Both the position numbers and the translations under genes were made by a program. A stretch of DNA of 20,000 nucleotides from an uncultured virus (IMG/VR IMGVR_UViG_3300023171_000012) (lineage: Duplodnaviria > Heunggongvirae > Uroviricota > Caudoviricetes), in IMG/VR virus record IMGVR_UViG_3300023171_000012; one strand, written 5' to 3'. Positions 8,812-15,663 of the stretch are shown in pieces; positions within the stretch are counted from its first letter, which is position 1, and each line of letters opens with the position of its first letter. The notes under the pieces were generated by a model that saw only the letters and a list, made by a program, of their open reading frames with translations, did not search any database and was not told the DNA's origin.

Positions 8812-9171
8812 GGGACGCTTCCGGTTTCGACTGAACCGGGTATCCTATTGATAGCATGCAGAGGTTGATCGGTGGGCCTCTTAAAAAGCCGATCAAGAAT
8901 CCAAATGGCAATAACGTCATCAGCTTCAGCCGCAACGTCGCAAAGTCTTCGGACCTCGCGCTTGTAGCCTAAGCGAAAAACGGTCCCCGCAATGATCCGA
9001 TAAGCGGGAGACTCCAAACCGGATCAACAAACGGAACCCAGAGCCGTAAAGACTGGGTGGTGGATGGCGAGGAGGTTTTTACCAAAAGACCGAATCCCCC
9101 AAATATAAGCATGTTTGAAGTCAATAGGTAATCGGTTCAGGACAGGGGTTCGACTCCCCTGCGTTCCACCA
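8812..9171 (+). ncRNA. ssrA: tmRNA (one-piece, 360 nt)
   Basis: Acceptor stem GGGACGC/GCGTTCC with G3:U70 alanine determinant and encoded ACCA end; T-arm AGGGG-TTCGACT-CCCCT; P2 helices CTGAACCG/CGGTTCAG, CCTATTGA/TCAATAGG, GCATG; PK1 GAGG/CCTC plus TTGATCGGT/GCCGATCAA; tag reading frame follows. Confidence 0.95.
8907..8972 (+). other. tmRNA tag reading frame: (A)GNNVISFSRNVAKSSDLALVA*
   Basis: Resume codon GGC shortly after PK1, 21 codons, TAA stop; hydrophobic Ala-ending C-terminus. Confidence 0.8.
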
Positions 9172-9196
9172 CTTTCAGCCGAAAGGCATCAATATC

Positions 9197-9267
9197 GTGT
9201 GAAATCCCGGTTCGACTCCGGGCTTCTCCTCTGAAGAGGAGAGGTAGTTTAACGGCAGAGCGCACAC
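9197..9267 (+). ncRNA. Circularly permuted tRNA-like cloverleaf (YrlA/Y-RNA-like or permuted tRNA)
   Basis: Order on the genome: GTGTG (anticodon stem 3' strand), AAAT, CCCGG-TTCGACT-CCGGG (T arm), CTTCTCC, linker TCTGAAGA, GGAGAGG (acceptor 5' strand), TA, GTTT-AACGGCA-GAGC (D arm), G, CACAC (anticodon stem 5' strand). Confidence 0.8.
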
Positions 9268-9299
9268 CCTCAATTTCCCTGTAACAAGGGGACTCATAA

Positions 9300-9672
9300 A
9301 CACCAGAGGACCAATCACAAGCCCACCGTGTGACCGAAGGTGCCCGTCGTTTGTCGGGAATTTCTAGCCCAGTCGAGTGTCTGACTGGAAAACGGGGGAA
9401 GGCACACCACATTTCAGTTCACTGTCATTGAGGGGAATCAGAAAATCAGCGGCCAGCCAACGCCAGTCGAAAGGAACCCGGAGCGATCCGGTAATACTGA
9501 ACTCTGATTTAGCGACCTGAGCAGTGAATTGAAATGTGGTAACAGAAGGCTGTCTCTCACGAGTTGCCACATACGAGAGATAGTGCGGCCGAGCGAGTAA
9601 TCGCGATAGCCACCTGCATCCAGAAGATGCGCGGGAGAGCTGAACCAAGCCCGTAAAATCCTACACTCAGTT
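9300..9672 (+). ncRNA. Large structured ncRNA of unknown class (~370 nt; boundaries approximate)
   Basis: No credible ORF; 19-bp helix 9406-9424/9522-9540; nested helices GAATCAGA/TCTGATTT and CCGGA-GCGA-TCCGG; GTGCC/GGCAC enclosing CCAGTC/GACTGG; CTGTCTCTC/GAGAGATAG; GCGA-GTAA-TCGC; GCATC/GATGC. Confidence 0.65.
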
Positions 9673-9674
9673 AT

Positions 9675-9706
9675 CCCGATGTCGGAATTCCGACATCGGG
9701 GTTTTT
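9675..9706 (+). terminator. Rho-independent terminator closing the RNA cluster
   Basis: Perfect 26-nt palindrome CCCGATGTCGGAATTCCGACATCGGG followed by GTTTTT. Confidence 0.8.
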
Positions 9707-9746
9707 GCTTGATACCCGCCTGGATACCCGCTATTCAGGAAGGACT

Positions 9747-9869
9747 ATGAAACTGATCCTCCTCGCGCTTTGTCTCTGTGTCGTTTCCTGCGGAACTTCG
9801 ATCACCCTCACCCCAGATGGTGTGGTGATTACTCCGCCAACTGCTCCAATCGTCATTCCTACAAAATAG
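9747..9869 (+). CDS. Small lipoprotein (40 aa; MKLILLALCLCVVSCGTSITLTPDGVVITPPTAPIVIPTK)
   Basis: AGGAAGGA upstream of ATG; basic N-terminus, hydrophobic core and lipobox VVS|C; below the ORF-track length cutoff. Confidence 0.75.
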   Translation: MKLILLALCLCVVSCGTSITLTPDGVVITPPTAPIVIPTK

Positions 9870-10040
9870 ATGTCCATCGGAACCAGACAACAGCCTGAAA
9901 AATGGCTGGATTTTAAATTCCGCCACAAGACGAGATCGCGGAAGTGGGAAAAGCAGAAGAAGAACCGAAAACTCCGGCATCTGGCTTCGGTGAACCCTGA
10001 AGTAGGACCGCAGCCTAAGTATTGTGGCTGGGAGTGGTAA
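9870..10040 (+). CDS. Small highly basic protein (56 aa; MSIGTRQQPEKWLDFKFRHKTRSRKWEKQKKNRKLRHLASVNPEVGPQPKYCGWEW)
   Basis: ATG immediately follows the lipoprotein TAG; ends just before the capsid promoter; K/R-rich. Confidence 0.6.
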   Translation: MSIGTRQQPEKWLDFKFRHKTRSRKWEKQKKNRKLRHLASVNPEVGPQPKYCGWEW

Positions 10041-10048
10041 ATTTCATG

Positions 10049-10078
10049 TTGACATTCCAACAGTTTTTCAATAAACCT
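10049..10078 (+). promoter_or_regulatory. Putative sigma70-like promoter for the capsid gene
   Basis: TTGACA at 10049-10054, 17-nt spacer, TAAACC(T) as -10-like box; intergenic. Confidence 0.5.
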
Positions 10079-10255
10079 CCTCGCGAAGCAATTCTCAGCT
10101 TTTTCAAAAAGAGGATCTCTCAATACTACTGAGTGTTTAATCCGGCTGCAAGGCTGGCCGTTACCGGGCACGGGTCACGAACTGAAGCTTACCAGCATTC
10201 TGCTGCGTAAGGAACCAATTCCACCCCTTCTACCGGCCCATGGCCAACCCCTTTT

Positions 10256-11470
10256 ATGCCCGCACCCGACCTGAATGATTTGCTCGCGAGAAATGAGATT
10301 GCCCTTGCTGGGCAAATCTACAAATCCTCAATTAACGATTCCATCTGGAATGCTTTGGTCCGTAAGTCCCCTTGGCCTAACGGCATGGCGGACACGCTCC
10401 AAGTGCTCACCGTTGAGCGCAATCTTCCCGCCAACATCGACACATGGACTCCGTTGACCCCCAACGAAGACTCCAACACCTGTGTTCCTATCGCCGATGT
10501 CGTGCCTCGTGGCAACACCACTCGCAGCTATTCGCTGGAGCAAAAAGCCATCGAATCGGAAGACATCTGCGTCAACGACACGCGTAACGCCTTCAGTGTA
10601 AGCGACCAGATCCGGCACATGTTCGAAGGTCTCCGCGACGTGATTTCCTACACTTGGAAGCGCAAGGCCCAGCTCGACTACACCCGTATCTCCGAGCACA
10701 AGATCGTTGCCACCAACGGACTTCCCGAGTCTTCGAGCCACATGCCGACCCTCGCGGCCACTTCGCTGCTCACCCAGAAGATCCTCAACAAGATCTACGT
10801 CCAACTCATCGCGAACTCCGCGCAGCGTGACGGCGGTTCCCTCGGCATGCAGGACGGTCGCCCTCAGTTCATCCTCGTGACGGACATGGAGACCTCCGAC
10901 GACATCCTCCGTGAGGATTCGACCAACGCCGCTTTCCTCTACAACGGCAAGCGCGTTCCCGAACTCCTCGCCCCCCTTGGTGTGGATCGTGCCTTCCGTG
11001 GTTTCTACCACACCATCGACAACCTGCCACGTCGCTTCAACTTCACGGCTGGTGCTTGGGTGGAAGTTCTCCCTTACGTCACGACCGCCGCGACCAAGGG
11101 CGTCAAGGCTGCTCTCAACCCTGACTACCTGTCCGCGCCGTTCACCGACTCCTACGTGTTCCTCCCAACGGTTTTCGAATTCGTCGTTCCAAACTCCATT
11201 GGTTCGGTTGGCTCCGGCACCCAGTTTGCTGCTCAGGAATACATCGGCAAGATGAAGTGGCTCAACATCGCCGACCGCGAGGTCAACCCCGACAACAGCT
11301 ACGGCTTCTATCGTGCGGTCCTCCAGTCCGGTTCGAAGCCCATCAAACCACAGTTCGGTTTCGTCATCCGTCACCTCCGCTGCCCATCCGACATCGGTCT
11401 CCAGGCTTGCCCTGCGGGAACCTCGGGTGACTCCGCAGATCTGGATTCCGGCGAATCCTTCTTCGTCTGA
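10256..11470 (+). CDS. Probable major capsid protein (404 aa)
   Basis: Size, very strong codon bias (suggesting high expression), own promoter and terminator, position after the scaffold. Confidence 0.75.
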   Translation: MPAPDLNDLLARNEIALAGQIYKSSINDSIWNALVRKSPWPNGMADTLQVLTVERNLPANIDTWTPLTPNEDSNTCVPIADVVPRGNTTRSYSLEQKAIESEDICVNDTRNAFSVSDQIRHMFEGLRDVISYTWKRKAQLDYTRISEHKIVATNGLPESSSHMPTLAATSLLTQKILNKIYVQLIANSAQRDGGSLGMQDGRPQFILVTDMETSDDILREDSTNAAFLYNGKRVPELLAPLGVDRAFRGFYHTIDNLPRRFNFTAGAWVEVLPYVTTAATKGVKAALNPDYLSAPFTDSYVFLPTVFEFVVPNSIGSVGSGTQFAAQEYIGKMKWLNIADREVNPDNSYGFYRAVLQSGSKPIKPQFGFVIRHLRCPSDIGLQACPAGTSGDSADLDSGESFFV

Positions 11471-11481
11471 TCCACCCCCGG

Positions 11482-11514
11482 GAGAGGGAGTCTTCGGACT
11501 CCCTCTCTTACTTT
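11482..11514 (+). terminator. Rho-independent terminator after the capsid gene
   Basis: GAGAGGGAGTC-TTCG-GACTCCCTCTC (11-bp stem, UUCG loop) followed by TTACTTT. Confidence 0.85.
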
Positions 11515-11523
11515 AGACCAATC

Positions 11524-11748
11524 ATGAAAATCACACTTCCCGATGGTTTCGAGCTTCCTGAAAATGCCCAGCCCGGCGAACCTTTCGAGGTCGTAGCCAC
11601 ATTGGAGCTTGAGGAAGACGGATCTTTCCAACTCGTTGCCATTGATGGTGTGGAGCTTCCCGACTCCGAAAAGGAGGATGATGAGCCGGATGAAGATCCG
11701 GTATCCCGTCGAAATGCGGAAGTAGTGATGCCCTGGCCTGAAGCATAA
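11524..11748 (+). CDS. Small acidic hypothetical protein (74 aa)
   Basis: ORF filling the gap after the terminator; D/E-rich. Confidence 0.75.
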   Translation: MKITLPDGFELPENAQPGEPFEVVATLELEEDGSFQLVAIDGVELPDSEKEDDEPDEDPVSRRNAEVVMPWPEA

Positions 11749-11767
11749 CCCCTGAAAAACCAATTCA

Positions 11768-12808
11768 ATGATTACTGACGAACTTCTTCTCGATGCCGAT
11801 CCTCCGCTGATGAGGCCACCTCCTTCCGGCGTGGTTTCCCTCCGCTGGAGTCCAGAGCTTGGCCGCGTCCTCGCAATCAACTACCTCGACGAGGAAATTG
11901 ATATCGGCGCAGGCGTCCCACAGCCCGGCACCCCTGTCAACGGTGTGAAATCCGTTGCCACCCTCACCGGCGACGGCACAATTGTCACCACTGGCGACAA
12001 TATCCAGATCAACGACAAGACCTACACGTTCCGCAAGTTCAAGGCGTCCAATACCCTCACTGGAACCGCGACGAATGTTTCCAACGGTGACACCGTGACC
12101 ATTGGTTCGAAGGTCTATACCTTCCAAACCACGCTCACCAACGTCAATGGCAACGTCTTCATCGGCGCGTCCGCCGCTGCTTCGCTGACGAACCTGTTCT
12201 ATGCGATTAACGCCTCTGGCGGTGTCGCAGGCACCAACTACGCCCTCGCCACCACCGCGAACACCCAAGTCGTCGCTACCAACCCTTCCGGGACGACTCT
12301 GGTTGCCACGGCAATCCTCGCGGGCACCGCACAGAACGCCATCGCCACCACCGAAACCGCCGCACAGCTCTCGTGGGCGGCTACCACCCTTGGCGGTGTC
12401 GGCGCAACTACGATCTCCACTGGTGGTCTGGCTGATGGTGATGTCAACATCAGCACCACCGCTGCCCTGACCCTCACGAACCTGTTCCGTGCGATCAACG
12501 CGGCCGGTGGCACCCAAGGCACGGATTACACCGTCTCGGCTGCCAACCCGCTGTTCATCGCCACCAACCCTTCAGGGACCACGGTGACGATCACCGCCCG
12601 TGGAGCCGGAGTGGCCTACAACGTGGCCATCTTCGAGACTTCCACCCACCTTTCGTGGAGTGGAGCACTCACCGCTGGCGGCATCGACGCCACTGTCGCC
12701 CGTGCCGGAGACCAGAAGTATGACGCTTCGTTCCTATACACGGCACACGGGGACATCACCATCGAGTCCACCTCCGGTTGGTACAAGAACGCCGAAACCG
12801 CACTGTAA
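11768..12808 (+). CDS. Thr/Ala/Gly-rich virion structural protein (decoration/fibre-like) with a duplicated domain
   Basis: Beta-rich T/A/G composition; repeated LTNLF.AINA.GG, ATNPSGTT and ET...LSW motifs; high codon bias. Confidence 0.75.
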   Translation: MITDELLLDADPPLMRPPPSGVVSLRWSPELGRVLAINYLDEEIDIGAGVPQPGTPVNGVKSVATLTGDGTIVTTGDNIQINDKTYTFRKFKASNTLTGTATNVSNGDTVTIGSKVYTFQTTLTNVNGNVFIGASAAASLTNLFYAINASGGVAGTNYALATTANTQVVATNPSGTTLVATAILAGTAQNAIATTETAAQLSWAATTLGGVGATTISTGGLADGDVNISTTAALTLTNLFRAINAAGGTQGTDYTVSAANPLFIATNPSGTTVTITARGAGVAYNVAIFETSTHLSWSGALTAGGIDATVARAGDQKYDASFLYTAHGDITIESTSGWYKNAETAL

Positions 12809-13371
12809 TGACTCAAGCACAAATCAAAACTCTTCAGTCTCGTATTGGAACAGTTCCCGATGGTTTCTGGGGGCCGAAGAGTATTGCCGCGTGCCAGAAG
12901 CATCTGAAAAAACTGATGCCAAGTGCCAGCCCATGGCCGGGAACATCGCAAGTGGAACTCTCTGCTTTCTATGGCGCGGCCGGGGACGAGTCGAAACTGG
13001 TGAATCTCAACGTGTCGGATCTCAACGTCCGCTACGAAGGGACCAAGGTGAAGACCGTCCGCTGCCATGGCAAGGTTGCCGAATCGCTGAAAAGGGTTCT
13101 GGTTTCTCTGAGTCAGACAAACCCGGAAGTCCTCACCGACTACAACGGCTGTTTCAATGATCGGGCGATGCGGGGCGGCTCAACTCCTTCTCTGCACGCT
13201 CGTGGGGCAGCCATCGACTTTTGCGCCGGAACCAATGGAAATCTCACTTCATGGCCGGTGAAAGCAACCATGCCGATTGAGGTTATGGAGGCTTTCGCCC
13301 GGGAAGGATGGCTTGCTGCCGGAGCATGGTGGCAACGCGACGGAATGCACTTTCAAGCAACGAAACTCTAA
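12808..13371 (+). CDS. Endolysin: peptidoglycan-binding-like N-terminus plus M15-family Zn peptidase
   Basis: LQSRIGTVPDGFWGPKS (PG-binding-like); R...SLHARGAAID and DGMHFQ M15 (VanY/L-Ala-D-Glu peptidase-like) motifs; TAATG coupling places the start at 12808. Confidence 0.85.
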   Translation: MTQAQIKTLQSRIGTVPDGFWGPKSIAACQKHLKKLMPSASPWPGTSQVELSAFYGAAGDESKLVNLNVSDLNVRYEGTKVKTVRCHGKVAESLKRVLVSLSQTNPEVLTDYNGCFNDRAMRGGSTPSLHARGAAIDFCAGTNGNLTSWPVKATMPIEVMEAFAREGWLAAGAWWQRDGMHFQATKL

Positions 13372-13710
13372 ATGACCTTCACCCGTGAGCCATTGGACAT
13401 CACAATCGACCGAGGGAACGCCCTCTCGTTCGCTTTGACGTTCTACGATGCGCTCTCGAACACGGAGATCGACATGGAGGCATACGCCCCCTTCGTGGGA
13501 ATCGTTCGTCACGCCACCCGTACCGATGTTCTCGCCACCATGGCTGTAACAGCCGACGGCGGGAAATTGGACATTCTGCTCGAACCTTCGGACACTGCGG
13601 ACCTCGCCCTCACAGGCAATGTTCCACACATCTGGGGCGTTCGTGATTCGCAAGGAACCCTCTGGATGCGAGGCGAAGCCCGGGTCGTCGGTAGCCCCGC
13701 AGAACTCTAA
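13372..13710 (+). CDS. Virion structural protein (112 aa), Ig/BppU-N-like adaptor
   Basis: LDITIDRGNALSFALTF...LLEPSDTADL pattern typical of small beta-sandwich tail proteins. Confidence 0.6.
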   Translation: MTFTREPLDITIDRGNALSFALTFYDALSNTEIDMEAYAPFVGIVRHATRTDVLATMAVTADGGKLDILLEPSDTADLALTGNVPHIWGVRDSQGTLWMRGEARVVGSPAEL

Positions 13711-13714
13711 CCCA

Positions 13715-13969
13715 ATGCCATCAGAAGTCATTCTATGCAAAGTCGGACCCCAATACAAGATTGTGGTCAGTGGCGGACCTGGCACTCAAGGCAAATCGGC
13801 ATACCAATCCTACGTTGACACCACCACAGATGATCCGGTGAAGACCGAAGCTCAATGGGTGGACTCCTTGGCCGGAGGAATCACCGTGACAAATGGCATC
13901 GGAACTTTTTCCGATCAGAACGGCACCCCTCAATACTTCCCAGTCTCCCCAACCAACCCTTTCCCATGA
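13715..13969 (+). CDS. Small fibre-associated protein (84 aa)
   Basis: GTQGKSAYQ...TEAQWVDSL motif, common next to collagen-like segments of phage fibres. Confidence 0.7.
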   Translation: MPSEVILCKVGPQYKIVVSGGPGTQGKSAYQSYVDTTTDDPVKTEAQWVDSLAGGITVTNGIGTFSDQNGTPQYFPVSPTNPFP

Positions 13970-15663
13970 TTACTGAGAAAACTCGCTACACAGCAACCCG
14001 CGCCCCAACGATCCCACCAGTGGGGACGGTGGACTTCTTTTTTGACCATGACCTCCAAACCATGGTGTGGCTTGATCCGCAAGGAGCGAAACACTCACTG
14101 TCTGAGGGAGCGAACGCGGATTTGACAAACCCGTATCCCGCTCTGACACCGGATCAGGTTTCTGGGTTGCAGTTGTGGTTCAAAGCGGACGCGATCACCC
14201 CTGTTGCAGATGGGACCGCTCTGTCCACTTGGGCGGATAGCTCTGGTTTTGGCCGCGATCTCACCAGCGTGTCCACGGCGAGGCCTCTCTACAAGACGGG
14301 CATGCTCAACGGTCTTCCATCCGTCCAGTTTGACGGCACCAACGACTACATGCTCACCCCGAGTATTGGAGATTCTTCGTGGAACGCTGGAGGAACCATC
14401 ATTGTCGTTGCTCGCAAGAGAGGTGTGGCGAACGGTTGTATGCTTTCCGCCGCCTGCTCGACAGGTAGCTACTACTTCGGCAACTGGATTCAAGAGGCGT
14501 CCTTCCACGTCCATGGCGCGACGGTCTGGGATGTCGAAGTCCCCAACCACTATGGAACCGAGCCAATCAATGCGAAGGTGTATGGCTTGCTCTGGAACGG
14601 AGCCACGGATGAAGTGCGCATCAACGGAGCGATTGCTGGTCGCTATGGATCGGTGAACACCCAAACCCCTTCGCTCAATGGTTCGTTCTACCTGGGATGT
14701 CTTGCTTCAGTCGCAACGTTCTTCAATGGAGACATCTTCGAGGTCATTGTCTATAAACATGCGCTCTCCCGCACGGAGATGACACAGATCGACAAGTATT
14801 TGAAAGCCAAATACAATGTTGGAAATGGCGCGAATGTCACCGCCATTGGTGATAGCCTTACCCGTGGCTACACCTACACGGAAAGCAGCTACCCAAAACA
14901 AATGGCCGATTTGCTCGGAACCAGTTTGGATGTGGTCAATTCCGGTATTGATTCCAAAACCCTGGCCTCCATGGTGACAGAGGGTGCTGAAATTGTAGAT
15001 GCGGTGAATCGCCAGAACGTTCAGAACATTCTTCTCGCATGGGCGGGAACCAACGACATCGGCACCGGCTCAACAGCAGTGCAGACGCATGATAGGCTGG
15101 TTGCTTATTGCAAGGCCCGTCGTCTGGCGGGTAAAAAGGTCATTGTTGGAACCTGCATCGACCGTCTCTGGACCACAGGATCTGATGCCATCAGGACCGC
15201 CTACAATGATTTGATTCTCGCAAACTGGAGATCCTACGCTGATGGATTGGCTCATTTCGCAGGCGATCCCGCTCTCGGAACTGTGGGCGCGTCCAACAAC
15301 ACCACCTATTACAACGCTGACAAGCTCCACCTTAAAACCACTGGATATGCCAAAGCGGCAGCCATCGCGGCAGAAGCGGTTCGTGAGGTGTTGGGAATCG
15401 GCACTGTCACCATCATTCCAGCTGGAACCACAGGAGCACAAACCATCCTGGCCAAACGTGGCCGCGTCAATTTCGCCGCAGCAGCCACATCCCTTGTGGT
15501 GACGAACTATCTGTGTCTTTCCACCAGCATCATCGAATGCCAGATTGCCACCAATGATTCAACAGCAGCAGGCTTGAAAGTCGTTCCAGCGAACGGCTCA
15601 TTCACCATCTACCTCACCACTGCACCCACAGCAGAAACGGCGGTATCCTTCACCATTCGATAA
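13966..15663 (+). CDS. Tail/receptor-binding protein: LamG/concanavalin-like domain plus SGNH (GDSL) hydrolase
   Basis: LQLWFKAD...WADSSG...VQFDGTND (LamG-like); SGNH blocks AIGDSLT, NSGIDS, GTND, DKLH; short beta C-terminal domain; ATGA coupling at 13966. Confidence 0.8.
   Translation: MITEKTRYTATRAPTIPPVGTVDFFFDHDLQTMVWLDPQGAKHSLSEGANADLTNPYPALTPDQVSGLQLWFKADAITPVADGTALSTWADSSGFGRDLTSVSTARPLYKTGMLNGLPSVQFDGTNDYMLTPSIGDSSWNAGGTIIVVARKRGVANGCMLSAACSTGSYYFGNWIQEASFHVHGATVWDVEVPNHYGTEPINAKVYGLLWNGATDEVRINGAIAGRYGSVNTQTPSLNGSFYLGCLASVATFFNGDIFEVIVYKHALSRTEMTQIDKYLKAKYNVGNGANVTAIGDSLTRGYTYTESSYPKQMADLLGTSLDVVNSGIDSKTLASMVTEGAEIVDAVNRQNVQNILLAWAGTNDIGTGSTAVQTHDRLVAYCKARRLAGKKVIVGTCIDRLWTTGSDAIRTAYNDLILANWRSYADGLAHFAGDPALGTVGASNNTTYYNADKLHLKTTGYAKAAAIAAEAVREVLGIGTVTIIPAGTTGAQTILAKRGRVNFAAAATSLVVTNYLCLSTSIIECQIATNDSTAAGLKVVPANGSFTIYLTTAPTAETAVSFTIR

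Noticed and set aside
9140..9171. tmRNA 3' end as a prophage attachment site or host boundary
   Set aside because: Phage head genes continue on both sides; no integrase or duplicated 3' fragment in the window.
9509..9535. GTGAATTGAAAT resembles the 3' end of type I CRISPR repeats (possible solitary repeat / RNA anti-CRISPR)
   Set aside because: No array, no internal repeat palindrome or GTC/GTT start; the sequence is explained as one strand of the 19-bp helix.
9406..9540. Retron msr-msd (a1/a2 inverted repeats) or 6S RNA interpretation
   Set aside because: No reverse transcriptase in the window and no long msd hairpin; shorter than 6S RNA and lacks its large central bubble. Not formally excluded without a covariance-model search.
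9530..9550. T-box-like GTGGTAAC sequence
   Set aside because: No recognisable Stem I specifier/GA motifs, and the terminator is too distant for a standard antiterminator.
8648..9648. ORF-track ORFs across the RNA island (8648-8851, 8727-9017, 9137-9412, 9364-9648)
   Set aside because: They overlap the tmRNA and structured RNAs and lack phage-like codon bias.
9711..9731. Direct repeat GATACCCGC x2
   Set aside because: Only two 9-nt copies with no other support; may be chance.
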